From Polyangiales bacterium (lineage in GTDB: Bacteria > Myxococcota_A > Polyangia > Polyangiales > JADJQN01): a stretch of 64,000 bases of DNA. How positions within the stretch are numbered: the first letter of the stretch is position 1; every line of letters starts with the position of its first letter. The notes under the pieces are model-generated. The model saw nothing but the letters and a program-made list of their open reading frames with translations, was not told the DNA's origin and did not search any database. Positions 9,255 to 22,244 of this stretch are shown piece after piece. The stretch lies in assembly GCA_964202905.1 (NCBI GenBank), contig CAXNJO010000007.1:1-64000 (forward strand). The letters run 5' to 3'. Both the position numbers and the translations under genes were made by a program.

Positions 9255-11902
9255 TCAGCGCGATCGATAGAGGAACGACGCGGGGTCGAGCAGGCCGAGC
9301 GCACGACGCCAGAAGGGCACGCTGCGACGGACCTCGCGGCGGGTGTCGCGGAGCGCCGCACGGAGCCGCGCGCGATCCCACTCGGGGCGCTGCGCGGCCG
9401 GGGTTTCGGGGCCGCGCAGACGTCGCGCGATCGCGTGATTCGTCAGCGCGCGGAGGGTCGGGGCGCGCTCGGCGAGGCGATCCGCGAAGGCCTCGCGCGT
9501 CTCGCCCTCGTCGCGCGTGAAGCCCGCCTCGCCGAGCGCGTCGAGCGCCGCGCGGTAGGCGACGCGCGCGACGTCGCGCGGTGGCGCGAAGAGGGGGGCG
9601 AGGCGGCGCCAGAGCTTGGCGAGGTAGAGGCCGAGCAGCGCGAGCGCGAGCAGCACGCCGAGCGCGATGCCGGCGTTCCGCGCGTAGTGCGTCGGCGCGC
9701 GGCGCTTCGGCGGGGGCGGCTGCGTGGGGGCGGGCGGCTCCTCGCGCGCCATCTCGCCGAGCATGCGCTGCAGGTCGTCGTCGGGCGGGTTGCCGGGCGG
9801 ATCGAGGTTCTTCTCGGCGGCGATGTCGAGCACGATCCAGCCGTAGCCCTCGACGTAGACCTCGGGCCACGCGTGCCCGTCGCTGCCGCGCAAGAGGACC
9901 GCGCTGCCGCCCCGGCGGTTCTGCTCGTCGAAGTGGTAGCCCGTGGCGACGCGCGCGGGGATGCCGAGCGAGCGCCACATGTAGACCGCGGCGTGCGCGA
10001 AGTGCACGCAGTAGCCGATGCGGTTCCCGAAGAGGAAATCGGCCGTGGGATCGGGCACGCCCGCGTGACGTTCCCGCGTGGAGTACGTCATCTCGTGGTC
10101 CATCCACAGCTTCACGGCGACGGCCCGTGCGAACGGATCCGCCCGTTTTTCCGGGGGAAGACGGCCGATGATCTCCTGCGCGAGCGCGGCGTAGCGCGGG
10201 TCCTCGGGGCCGCGGAGGTAGTAGGCGCGGACCTCCTCCGACCAGCGCGGGTCACCCATCTTGCGGCCGAGCAGCTGGGGGTAGGGGACGGTCTGCGCGA
10301 GCGACGTGAAGCGCCAGGCGCGCACGAAACGCGCGGGGTTCGGGTTCGCCGAGGGGCGGAAGGAGACGGCGGCCTCGAGCGCGAAGGGCTGCTCGTGCTC
10401 GACGAGGAGCGCGACGCGGCCGCTCACCTTCGTGCGTCCGCGCGGGCTCGGGCGATCGTCGACGCGCACCGCCTCGGTGGGGAAGTCGTCGAGCGTGTCG
10501 CGGTCGACGTCGGTGCGCGGGGACGCGACGAAGCGCGTGCCGTTGTATTCGCTCCACGCGGCCTGTCGGAAGTAGTACGCGCCGCTCGGCGGGGAGTAGT
10601 CGTCGTCGAGCACGACGACGGCCATCGGCGAGGCCTGCCCCTGTGAGGGGGGCTGATCGTCGTCGGGCTGCCGTTGGCGCGGGGGCGGCCGCTGGTTCTG
10701 TTCGGCGCCGCCGTCGCCCTGCGGGGGCGGGCTCGCGCCGCCCGCTCCACCGTCGTTGACGCGCGGGGTGGGGGCGTGCCGCCCGCGTCGGGCCAGCGCG
10801 GCGGGGGCGTGTCGCCCGCGCCGCCGTCCGCACCACCGCCTGCGCCGCCCGCATCGAGGCTCGCGTCGCCGCCACCACCCGCGCCGCCGTCGACGCTGGC
10901 GTCTCCGCCGCCACCGCCCGCGCCGCCGTCGACGCTGGCGTCTCCGCCGCCACCGCCCGCGCCGCCGTCGACGCTGGCGTCTCCGCCGCCACCTGTGCCG
11001 CCGTCACTGCCGCGGCCCGCGCCGCCGTCGAGGCCTGCGTCGCCGCCCGGGCCCGCGCCGCCGTCGTTCTGTGGCGTCCCGCCCGTACCGCCGTCGCCGG
11101 AGCGCTGGCCTCCGCCGCCGCCGTCGCCGCGGTGTCCGTCGGGGCCGCGGTGTCCCGCGTCGGGCGGGGGCGTGCGGGGCGGCTCGCCGGGCGGGTTCAC
11201 GAGGCCGAGATCGCCCGCGTCGCTCGGCGGCTTGGGGAGGTCGGCGACGTTGATCGTCGTCACCGCGAGCAGCACGAGCAGCGGGAGCGCGAGCAGCGAC
11301 GCGACCGACGGCTCTCCCTCGCTCTCGGCGACGAGGAGCACCGCCAGCAGCACCACCGCGCCGCCGCCGATGGCGAGCAGCACGCGCGCCGGGTCGAAGC
11401 CGAGCTGCCAGGCCCAGTCGCTCAGCCACATCGGGCGCGCGAGCACGCCGTCGCGGTGCGCCGCGAGCGAGGCCGTGAGCGCCGCGACGACGACCAGAAT
11501 CTCGATGGCGATCGCGCCCTTGCGGCGCAGGACGAGCGCGCGCATCGCCGCGACGAGCGAGAGCGCGCCGAGGCTGTACCGCGCGAGCCCCGCGACGCGC
11601 AGCGCGAACCCGGGGCCCGCGAGCGACGAGAGGGCCTCGGTGCGGAGCGCGAGCGCCGACGCGCCGAGGGCGATGAGCAGGGCGCCGCCACAGCCCGCGA
11701 GCACGACGGGGAGCCGCCAGCGGGAGCGGCCGAGCCACTCGCCGGCGAGCACGCCCGCGAGCGCGCCGATCACCGCGGCCACGACGCCCTCCGTCAGCGC
11801 GACGCCGGCGGTGAGCGCGAGCGCGGCGAGCGCCATCGCGATCATGCGCAGCGGGTGCCGCGCAGCGCGCACGGCGCGCCCGAGTCCGCTCAGCGTGTTC
11901 AT
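9255..11902 (-). CDS. Membrane transglutaminase-like protein; one frameshift near 10770
   Basis: Multi-TM N-terminus from MNTLSG (11902), Gly/Asp linker, then catalytic GYCVHFA, HAWPE and WIVLD. One extra C in the C-run near 10770 would join the two frames. Confidence 0.85.
10881..10993. repeat. 39-bp in-frame tandem repeat (about 3 copies) encoding GGGGDASVDGGAG
   Basis: Unit GCGCCGCCGTCGACGCTGGCGTCTCCGCCGCCACCGCCC starts at 10881, 10920 and 10959. Confidence 0.9.
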
Positions 11903-13287
11903 CGTGCCCCCGCGGCTGCGCGCGCGGCGCCGGTGGCGGCGGCGTCGACGACGGCCTGCCGGTACGCGCCGTCGTAGCAGCGCCCGAGCCGACGATCGAC
12001 GACGAGCACGCGTGCGCGCGCGGCGGCGAGCGCGTCGACGACCTGCGCCAACTCGTCGCTGCGCGGCACGCCGCCTGCGTTGCCCTCCTTCTCTGCGCGC
12101 TCGAGGAAGCGCGCGAGGCGCCGCTTCGTCGGCTCCGGCTGCACGCCGTCGGTGCACACGACGAACTCGACCGGCGAGCCGCGCCCCTGCGCACTGCGCG
12201 CGCGCGCGGCGGCGACGACCCGCGCGAGCCACGGCCCCGGTCGTCCCGGTACGAAGACCACCGCGCGCCCGTTCGAGCCGGGGACGGCGGTGCGCAGGAA
12301 GTGGGCGAGCCCCTCGCCGCCGTCGTCGGCCGTCGCCTCCGCGGAGCGCGCGAGCAGCTCGATCGCCTGCGTCTTCGAGCGCGCGCTCTCGGGCGAGCCG
12401 TCCGTGCCGAGCACCCACTCGCTGCCGAGCGCGCCGGTGTCGACGGCGACGCGCGCCGCGCCCGCGGCGGGCTCGTCCCCGGCGCCGCTCACGAGGTACG
12501 CGACCGTCTGACGAACGGGGCTGAGCGCGCGCTCGGGCGTGCGCACGACGAGCTGGCGAGACCGCGCGAAGACCTTCCAGAGCACGAAGCGGATCGGGTC
12601 GCCCGGGTTGTAGTTCCGCATGTCCATGCGCTCGCCGTCGGCGGGGCCGTCCGGGTGCGTGAGGTCGGAGCCGCCCGACATCGAGCGCACGACGTGCATG
12701 GACTTGAGCGCGCCCACCGAGGGGATGAAGCGCACGTCGCGCTCCTCGCGGTGCTCGAAGGTCACGCGGGCGAGGCCGAACACGTCGCTCACGTCGAGGC
12801 GGCGCACGATCTCCGTCCGCAGGCCGCGGCGCGCGGGCGTGATCTCCTCGTGGACGCGGCCCTTCTGCTTGCGCGTGCGCACCGCGACGTCCGGCATCCG
12901 CCACGTCCAGGAGAGCTGCACGAAGGGCACCCACCAGAGGCTCGGCAGCGAGAAGCCGGTGCGCGTCGCGTGCCCGCACTCGAGGTGCAGCGGATCGCGC
13001 TTCGGCGCGGGGCGCCGACGCAGCGACGCGTAGAGCGAGGCCGCGGTGAGCGTCGTCGCGAGCACCGCGATCACGCCGATCGCGCAGCCGACCCCACCGA
13101 TCACGAGCGCGAGCAGGTCGACGCGTCGGACGCCGAGCGTCAGGAGCGCCCACCCCGAGCCCGTCGCGACGAACGCGCCCAGCCACGTGAGGGGCCACAG
13201 GTCGCGCGCGCGCGCTGCGAACAGGCCGAGCGCCTTCCGCGCCCTGCGCAGTCGCGACATGCCCCCGAGCTTCGCCGTCGCCGTCAC
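11899..13287 (-). CDS. DUF58-family protein with N-terminal TM helices
   Basis: DVFGL and MRNYNPGDPIRFVLWKVFARSRQLVVR motif; ATGA overlap with the transglutaminase gene. Confidence 0.9.
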   Translation of the reverse strand: MTATAKLGGMSRLRRARKALGLFAARARDLWPLTWLGAFVATGSGWALLTLGVRRVDLLALVIGGVGCAIGVIAVLATTLTAASLYASLRRRPAPKRDPLHLECGHATRTGFSLPSLWWVPFVQLSWTWRMPDVAVRTRKQKGRVHEEITPARRGLRTEIVRRLDVSDVFGLARVTFEHREERDVRFIPSVGALKSMHVVRSMSGGSDLTHPDGPADGERMDMRNYNPGDPIRFVLWKVFARSRQLVVRTPERALSPVRQTVAYLVSGAGDEPAAGAARVAVDTGALGSEWVLGTDGSPESARSKTQAIELLARSAEATADDGGEGLAHFLRTAVPGSNGRAVVFVPGRPGPWLARVVAAARARSAQGRGSPVEFVVCTDGVQPEPTKRRLARFLERAEKEGNAGGVPRSDELAQVVDALAAARARVLVVDRRLGRCYDGAYRQAVVDAAATGAARAAAGAR

Positions 13288-13300
13288 GCGCGCGCGCTCG

Positions 13301-13966
13301 TCACAGGCTGCAACCGCCCGTGCGCGTGGAGGGATAGAAGGGCGGCGGCGCTACCTGCACGTGCGGCACGGGCGGTGGCTCGAGGCAGCCGATGCGCCGG
13401 AAGACCGTCGGGTCGTTCACCGAGCGGCCCCCGTCGTTGTTGACCGACTGGAACTCCTGGATCAATGGGTCGATCTGGCCCGAGAAGTGGTCGAGGTTGT
13501 ACGTGCCGAGGGTCGGCGCCGTTCCGCAGAAGGCGTCCTTCACGCGCCACGAGGTCCCCCAGAAGTGCACGAGCCCGTTCACCTCGGTGCCCTCGGCGGG
13601 CATGAACACCGTCCAGTGCTCGAGACCGAGCCGGCACGCCGGCGGCTCGGTGTCCTGCTCGGAGCCATTCCAAGAGTGCGATTCGATCTCGCCGACGAGC
13701 TCCTTCGAGCCAGGCGCCTTCCGCCGGATGCGGAGCGTGAACATGTACCAGTCGTTGTAGGACGGGTTGTACGTGTGCGAGAGCCACACGCCCTCGACGC
13801 CGTCCGTGCACGTCGCGGGGGGCGGCAGGCGCGCGCGCTGCTCCTCGATCGTCGCGTGTCCGACGCCGGGAAAGAGCGCGATCCCCGCGACCGCGCAGGC
13901 CACGAGCGCCCCGAGGGCGCGGCGTCGGCGTCGAGCGACGGGTCTGGCGTCGGGCGGCGTGGGCAC
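13301..13966 (-). CDS. Secreted Cys-containing hypothetical protein (start uncertain)
   Basis: Arg-rich signal peptide ending GHA; beta-rich domain with four Cys; C-terminus TGGCSL; first gene of the MoxR operon. Confidence 0.75.
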   Translation of the reverse strand: MPTPPDARPVARRRRRALGALVACAVAGIALFPGVGHATIEEQRARLPPPATCTDGVEGVWLSHTYNPSYNDWYMFTLRIRRKAPGSKELVGEIESHSWNGSEQDTEPPACRLGLEHWTVFMPAEGTEVNGLVHFWGTSWRVKDAFCGTAPTLGTYNLDHFSGQIDPLIQEFQSVNNDGGRSVNDPTVFRRIGCLEPPPVPHVQVAPPPFYPSTRTGGCSL

Positions 13967-14060
13967 GGCGCGAGGATAGCGCGTCGAGGAGACGGTGGGC
14001 GTGTGCATCGCGCCGTCGGACAACGCGCTCGCCCGCGGGGCCATTCCGCTGAATGGCGAT

Positions 14061-14711
14061 TCAGCTGACCTTCTCGGCATACGTCATCACGAGGTACATC
14101 ACGGACTCGGTCGCGCCTGCGTTGCGGTACGCATGCGGGACGTCGGCCTCGAAGAGGATCGCGTCGCCCGCCGCGAGCGCGTGACGCTCCTCGGCGATGG
14201 TGATGTCCACGGTGCCCTGCGCGACGACGAGGTTCTCGACGGTGCCGGGGGGGTGCGGCTCCGCATGTTCCGTCGTGCCCGCCGCGAGCCGCAACTCGTA
14301 CAGTTCGACGTTGCGCGGCGCGTCGAAGGGGAACAGTGCCCGCGAGACGAAGCGCCCGTCCGCGGAGGTGAGCCGCTTCGCGGTGTCGGCGCGGAGCACG
14401 TGCGTGGTGCCCGCGCCGCGGTGCGTAATCAACGTCGAGAACGGCACACCCAGCGCGCGCGCGATTTTCCAGAGCACGTTGATGGTCGGCGCGCTCTGCC
14501 CGAGCTCGATCTGCCCGAGCATCGCGCGGCTCACGCCTGAGGCTCGCGCGAGCCGCTCGAGCGAGAGGCCGCGCTGGGTGCGGAGGCGGCGCAGGTTCTC
14601 TCCGACGACGGGCGTCAGGTCGCGCGAGGCGCCATCCGGCACCGCGTCGCCGGGGATCGCTGGAGCCGGCGGCGCGGCTTCGGGCGCGGGTTTTCGTGGC
14701 GGCCGGGACAT
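14061..14711 (-). CDS. XRE-family HTH regulator with cupin domain
   Basis: VGENLRRLR...SLERLA...SGVSRAMLGQIELG HTH; HPPGTVE...GDAILFEADVPHAYRN cupin. Confidence 0.92.
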   Translation of the reverse strand: MSRPPRKPAPEAAPPAPAIPGDAVPDGASRDLTPVVGENLRRLRTQRGLSLERLARASGVSRAMLGQIELGQSAPTINVLWKIARALGVPFSTLITHRGAGTTHVLRADTAKRLTSADGRFVSRALFPFDAPRNVELYELRLAAGTTEHAEPHPPGTVENLVVAQGTVDITIAEERHALAAGDAILFEADVPHAYRNAGATESVMYLVMTYAEKVS

Positions 14712-14809
14712 CGCTGGCGCGTGTTTTCCCGCTGCGCGCGCTGCGGGTCAAGGGCCGCACCGCGCGGGCATTGACGCGGTGACGGTGACGCGCGACGGTA
14801 GCGCCGCCC

Positions 14810-15262
14810 ATGGGGAGCCACCCGCGCCAGCACCTCACGCTCGATGCCGAGACCGTGCGCGCGCTCTTCGCGGAGGGCGGCTGGCCCTGCGAACGCATCG
14901 GGCCCGACACCTGGCGCAGCCACTTCCGGAGCAAACGCGCGAGCTTCCCCGTGTTCGTGAAGGTCGGGGAGGGCGACGGCTCCGGCGAGGGAGCGGCCTT
15001 CGTGACCTTCGCGATCATCCCGTACCTGAAGTCTCCCGAGGACCCCGCGCTCGCCGCGCGGCTCTACGCGCGCCTGCTCGAGCTGAACCACCAGCTCATC
15101 TTCGCGAAGTTCTCGATCGACGACGACCTCGACGTGGTCCTCTCGGTCGAGCACCCGATCGCCGAGATCGACCGCAGCGAATTCGCCGACGCGCTCGATG
15201 TGCTCGGCTTCTACGCCGACCAGCACCTCGACGCGCTCCGCGCCTTGCTGACGCCGGGCTGA
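14810..15262 (+). CDS. YbjN/T3SS-chaperone-fold protein
   Basis: 150 aa with the LLELN...FAKFSID pattern. Confidence 0.7.
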   Translation: MGSHPRQHLTLDAETVRALFAEGGWPCERIGPDTWRSHFRSKRASFPVFVKVGEGDGSGEGAAFVTFAIIPYLKSPEDPALAARLYARLLELNHQLIFAKFSIDDDLDVVLSVEHPIAEIDRSEFADALDVLGFYADQHLDALRALLTPG

Positions 15263-15348
15263 AGCCCCGGGCGGGCTCGCGCGCCCGGCGCGTTCATGAC
15301 GCGGTGCGCCTTGCCAGTGGCGCGGCGGGGCGCGATCTTCCGCGGCCC

Positions 15349-16851
<1,503 letters not shown>

Positions 16852-17010
16852 CGCCGGCCGCCGCCGTTGCCCTCGTGCGATTCGCGCGGGCCTCGGGGCG
16901 GAGGTTCGCGCTAAGGTGTGGCCTCCCCCGCAAGAATCGAGGCCGAGCCTGCATTACGCGAATTCCACCCACGCATCCCGCAGTGAACGCAGCCACGCAG
17001 CCGGTGCCCG

Positions 17011-17481
17011 ATGAGCAACAACTTCTCCCCGGGCAAGCGCGCGCGCGAGCTGGAGCAGGCCCGCAAGAAGCAGGACAAGGCGAACCGTCGCGCCGCACGT
17101 CGTGATCGCGCCCCCGGCGAGACGGAGTTCGTCAGCGCCGCGGAGGTGCAGGGCAACCTGCCGTCGATCGAAGAGGCGATGCGGCAGATCGAGAACCCGG
17201 GCGCCGTGTCGCGCTCGGCGTCGAGCATCGTGGCGCGTCTCTTCGTCGGCTCGCTCAGCGACGAGACGACCGAGGCGGATCTGCGCGAGGCGTTCGGTCA
17301 GTTCGGCCTCGTCGCCGACGCGATCGTCATGGTCGACCGCGACACCCGGGCCCCGCGAGGCTTCGGCTTCGTGACGATGGCCGACCGCCGCGACGCTCCG
17401 AAGGCCATCGAGGCCCTCCACGGCGCCGAGGTGAAGGGTCGCAACATCGTCGTCAACGTCGCGACCGAGCGCTCGCGCTGA
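17011..17481 (+). CDS. RRM RNA-binding protein with a basic N-terminal extension
   Basis: RNP2 LFVGSL, RNP1 RGFGFVTM, C-terminal GRNIVVNVA. Confidence 0.9.
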   Translation: MSNNFSPGKRARELEQARKKQDKANRRAARRDRAPGETEFVSAAEVQGNLPSIEEAMRQIENPGAVSRSASSIVARLFVGSLSDETTEADLREAFGQFGLVADAIVMVDRDTRAPRGFGFVTMADRRDAPKAIEALHGAEVKGRNIVVNVATERSR

Positions 17482-17607
17482 TCGCGCCGTCCCGCACGCG
17501 CCGCGGAGAGCGTGCCCCGAGGCATGCCGCGCAGGCGCGGGGCGCGGCACGTCGGGGCGCTGCAACCGCGTCGCCCACGGGCGCCTGGGCGCGAGAACCC
17601 CGCGCCG

Positions 17608-18066
17608 TCAGCGCCCGCGCTGCGGGATGGGCGCGTCGTCCGCGAAGAACTCGAGCGCGGCGGAGTTGAGACAGTAACGCAGCCCGGTGGGACGGGGCCC
17701 GTCGTCGAAGACGTGCCCGAGGTGGCCGTCGCAGCGCGCGCAGCGGATCTCGACGCGGATCATGCCGTGGCTGACGTCGCGGATGGTCGCGACGTGCGCC
17801 GGATCGAAGGGCGCGTAGAAGCTCGGCCACCCCGTGCCCGACTCGAACTTCGCCTTCGCCCCGAAGAGCGGAAGGCCGCAAAGCCGGCAGGCGTACGTCC
17901 CTGGAGACTTCTCTCCGAGCAACCCGCCACAGAACGGCCGCTCGGTGCCGTGCGCGAGCAGCACCGCGCGCTCCTCCGGCGTGAGTCGCGCGGCGAGGGC
18001 GTCGCGCTCGGCGGCGCTCGGAGGTGTGAGATCGAAGCCGGATGCGGAGAGGCGCGGAGGGTTCAT
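17608..18066 (-). CDS. msrB: Peptide-methionine (R)-S-oxide reductase
   Basis: GTERPF, two CxxC motifs, KFESGTGWPSF, HLGHVF and RYCLNS. Confidence 0.97.
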   Translation of the reverse strand: MNPPRLSASGFDLTPPSAAERDALAARLTPEERAVLLAHGTERPFCGGLLGEKSPGTYACRLCGLPLFGAKAKFESGTGWPSFYAPFDPAHVATIRDVSHGMIRVEIRCARCDGHLGHVFDDGPRPTGLRYCLNSAALEFFADDAPIPQRGR

Positions 18067-18139
18067 GCGTTGGGGTGATGGAGTCGTCGGTCGTCCTCGC
18101 CCAGAGGTCGCCGAGCGCCGCGTGACGCGCGCGCCGCGC

Positions 18140-19042
18140 TCAGCGATAGCGCTGGATGACGTGGAAACCGAAGGGGGACTCGACCACGTCGCTGACCCCG
18201 CCGACCTCGAGCGCGAAGGCCGCGCGCTCGAACGCGGGCACCATCGCGCCGTGCCCGAAGACGCCGAGATCGCCGCCCTCCGGCGCGCCCTCTTCGTCGG
18301 TGTATTCGCGGACGAGCGCGGCCCAGTCCTCGCCGCCGCGGGCGCGGCGCAGGGCCTCCTCGGCGCGGGCGCGGGCCTCGTCGCGCGACCGCGTGATCGT
18401 CGCGGGCGCCCGCTGCGACCCCGCGTACATCACGAGCAGGTGCCGCGCACCGATCTCCGCGGGCCGTGCCGGCGGATCGGTCGCGCGCACCACGACGACG
18501 AAGCCACGCGCCGTCGGGATCGGCTCCGATGCGTCCCCCACCCGCAGGCCAGCCGCCTCGGCCTCGATCACCGCGACGTCCGCCTCGCCCACGCGCGCCG
18601 CGAGCGCGCGCCGTCGCGCGACCGCCGCCGGGCTGCCGTCGTCGGGTGCGAGCACGAGCAGGGCGCCGCGCTCGCTCGGCTCGCGTGGCAGGTCGGTGAG
18701 CTCCCGCGCCAACTCGGCCACGTCTGCACCCGGCTCGCGCGCCATCTGCGCGACCGTCCCAGCGCGCGCCTGCGCTTGCGCGCGTGTCCGTGAGAGCCCC
18801 GCGGGCGCGTCCTCCGAGCCGCCCCACGCGACCATGAGGAGCTGCACGCGGATCGGGCCCGCGGACGCGCGTCGCGATCGCGCCGGGCCGCCGGTGACCG
18901 TCTCCGCTCCGTCGCTGGGCGACGCGAGAGGCCGGGGCCGCGGCCCGCAGCCGAACATGACCGACATCGCGATGAGCGACGTGAGCGCGGTGGCGACTCC
19001 GAAGGGCGCACGGCGGGGAGGGCGGGGGGGCACGCGGACCAT
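18140..19042 (-). CDS. Parvulin-type peptidyl-prolyl isomerase lipoprotein with two rotamase-like domains
   Basis: Lipobox-like MFGC; ARHLLV, GGDLG, MVPAFE and SPFGFHVI; degenerate first domain ending TARGFVVV. Confidence 0.88.
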   Translation of the reverse strand: MVRVPPRPPRRAPFGVATALTSLIAMSVMFGCGPRPRPLASPSDGAETVTGGPARSRRASAGPIRVQLLMVAWGGSEDAPAGLSRTRAQAQARAGTVAQMAREPGADVAELARELTDLPREPSERGALLVLAPDDGSPAAVARRRALAARVGEADVAVIEAEAAGLRVGDASEPIPTARGFVVVVRATDPPARPAEIGARHLLVMYAGSQRAPATITRSRDEARARAEEALRRARGGEDWAALVREYTDEEGAPEGGDLGVFGHGAMVPAFERAAFALEVGGVSDVVESPFGFHVIQRYR

Positions 19043-19153
19043 GCGCGCGGAGGTAGCACGCCGCGCCGCCGACAGCCGCGCGTCTTGGCGCCGCGCGGCA
19101 TCCCTTGCCGGACCCGCGGATGCGTGCTAGGACTCGCGCCGCTCACAGAGGGA

Positions 19154-19198
19154 GAAGTGCTCGAGGCGGGCCCTCCAAGGTCCGCCTCGTCGCATTTC
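19154..19198 (+). promoter_or_regulatory. rimP leader hairpin (candidate attenuator)
   Basis: GAAGTGC-T-CGAGGCGGGCC ... GGTCCGCCTCG-TC-GCATTTC stem upstream of rimP, where a conserved leader hairpin is known in many bacteria. Confidence 0.6.
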
Positions 19199-19264
19199 AG
19201 GGCTCGTCGAGTCCCTCCGCCCCCTGCGAAAGACCCCGTGTTCTCCGAGCCGAACTCCTCGACC

Positions 19265-19861
19265 ATGCCTCGCCGCGATGTGCCCCCGGGAATGCCCGAC
19301 CCGTCTCTCGAAGACGGCGGCGACCTTTCGTCCGTCGATACGCCGGCCGCGCTCGAAGCGGTGGTGCAGCCCATCTGTCGGGCGCTCGGCCTCGAGCTCA
19401 TCGACGTGCGCATCGCGCGGGAGCCGGGCGGCGCGGTGCTGCGCATCCTCATCGACCGAGAGCGCCCGCCGGGCGCTCCGCTGCACGAGGGCGGGGTGTC
19501 CCTCGACGACTGCACCGACGTCTCGCGTGACCTCTCCACGGCGCTCGACGTCAGCGACGAGGGCAGCCGCGGCCCGCTCTCAGGGCGCTACCGCCTCGAG
19601 GTCAGCTCGCCCGGCGTCGATCGCCCCCTCGTCAAACTCGCGGACTTCGCGCGCTTCGTGGGCGAGACGGTGAAATTGTCCACGCGCACGCCCGTCGCCA
19701 CGCCGGCGGGCGAGCGCCGCAAGCTGCAGGGGACGTTGCTGGGGGTGTCCGGCACCCAGGTTCGAGTTTCGCAGGACGGGCATGAGGTGCTCGTTCCGCA
19801 CGCCGGGATCGTCAAAGCCAACCTTGTTTTCGACTGGACGCGCATCAAGGCGCGGACGTAG
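19265..19861 (+). CDS. rimP: Ribosome maturation factor RimP (start uncertain)
   Basis: LRILID, GVSLDDC and YRLEVSSPGVDRPL. Confidence 0.95.
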   Translation: MPRRDVPPGMPDPSLEDGGDLSSVDTPAALEAVVQPICRALGLELIDVRIAREPGGAVLRILIDRERPPGAPLHEGGVSLDDCTDVSRDLSTALDVSDEGSRGPLSGRYRLEVSSPGVDRPLVKLADFARFVGETVKLSTRTPVATPAGERRKLQGTLLGVSGTQVRVSQDGHEVLVPHAGIVKANLVFDWTRIKART

Positions 19862-19870
19862 GCGGGACCG

Positions 19871-21622
<1,752 letters not shown>

Positions 21623-21641
21623 GACGCCCGTGCTCGCGGCG

Positions 21642-22244
21642 ATGACCCACGAGGATGAGGAGCCAACGGCGAGCCCCGCGCGCACGTGCGCGGGCTGTCG
21701 TCGCGTCGACGCGAAGGCGGGGCTGCTGCGCTTCGCGGTCGCGCCCGTCGCGCCGTTTCTCGTGCCCGACGTCGCGGGCAAACTCGGTGGGCGCGGCGTG
21801 TCGGTGCACCCGACGCGCGCGTGCCTCGAGGCGGCGGTCCGGCGCGGCGGGTTCGCGCGGGCGCTCAAGCGGGCGGTGCCTTGCAGCGCCGCCGAGCTCG
21901 CGTCGCTCGCCGCCGCGCAATACCAGCGGCGTGCGGGGTCACTGCTCGTGGCGGCGCGCCGCGCGAGCGTGCTCGCCGTGGGTACGGAGGCGGTGCGTGA
22001 GGCCCTGCGGGAGGGCGGCGTCGCGGCGCTCGTGGTCGCAAGCGACGCTGCGGGGCGTCGCGAGGAACTCGAGGAGGCCGCGGCCCGCCTCGGGAAGCGA
22101 TGCCTCGTGCATGGCACGAAGGCTTCGCTCGGTCAGCTACTCGGTCGGGACGAGGTCGGGGTCGCCGCGGTGCTCGACGCGGGGATCGCATCGGCTTTGA
22201 CGCGCGCGGCACAGCGCGCGCAAGCGCTTCTGGAGGCGGAATGA
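21642..22244 (+). CDS. YlxR (DUF448) fused to an L7Ae/YlxQ-like domain
   Basis: PARTCAGCR...LLRF...GRGVSV, then ARRA..LAVG...ASDA...LGQLLGR. Confidence 0.85.
   Translation: MTHEDEEPTASPARTCAGCRRVDAKAGLLRFAVAPVAPFLVPDVAGKLGGRGVSVHPTRACLEAAVRRGGFARALKRAVPCSAAELASLAAAQYQRRAGSLLVAARRASVLAVGTEAVREALREGGVAALVVASDAAGRREELEEAAARLGKRCLVHGTKASLGQLLGRDEVGVAAVLDAGIASALTRAAQRAQALLEAE

Noticed and set aside
14810..15262. Type III secretion locus suggested by the chaperone-fold protein
   Set aside because: No other T3SS genes are present, and YbjN-like proteins commonly stand alone.
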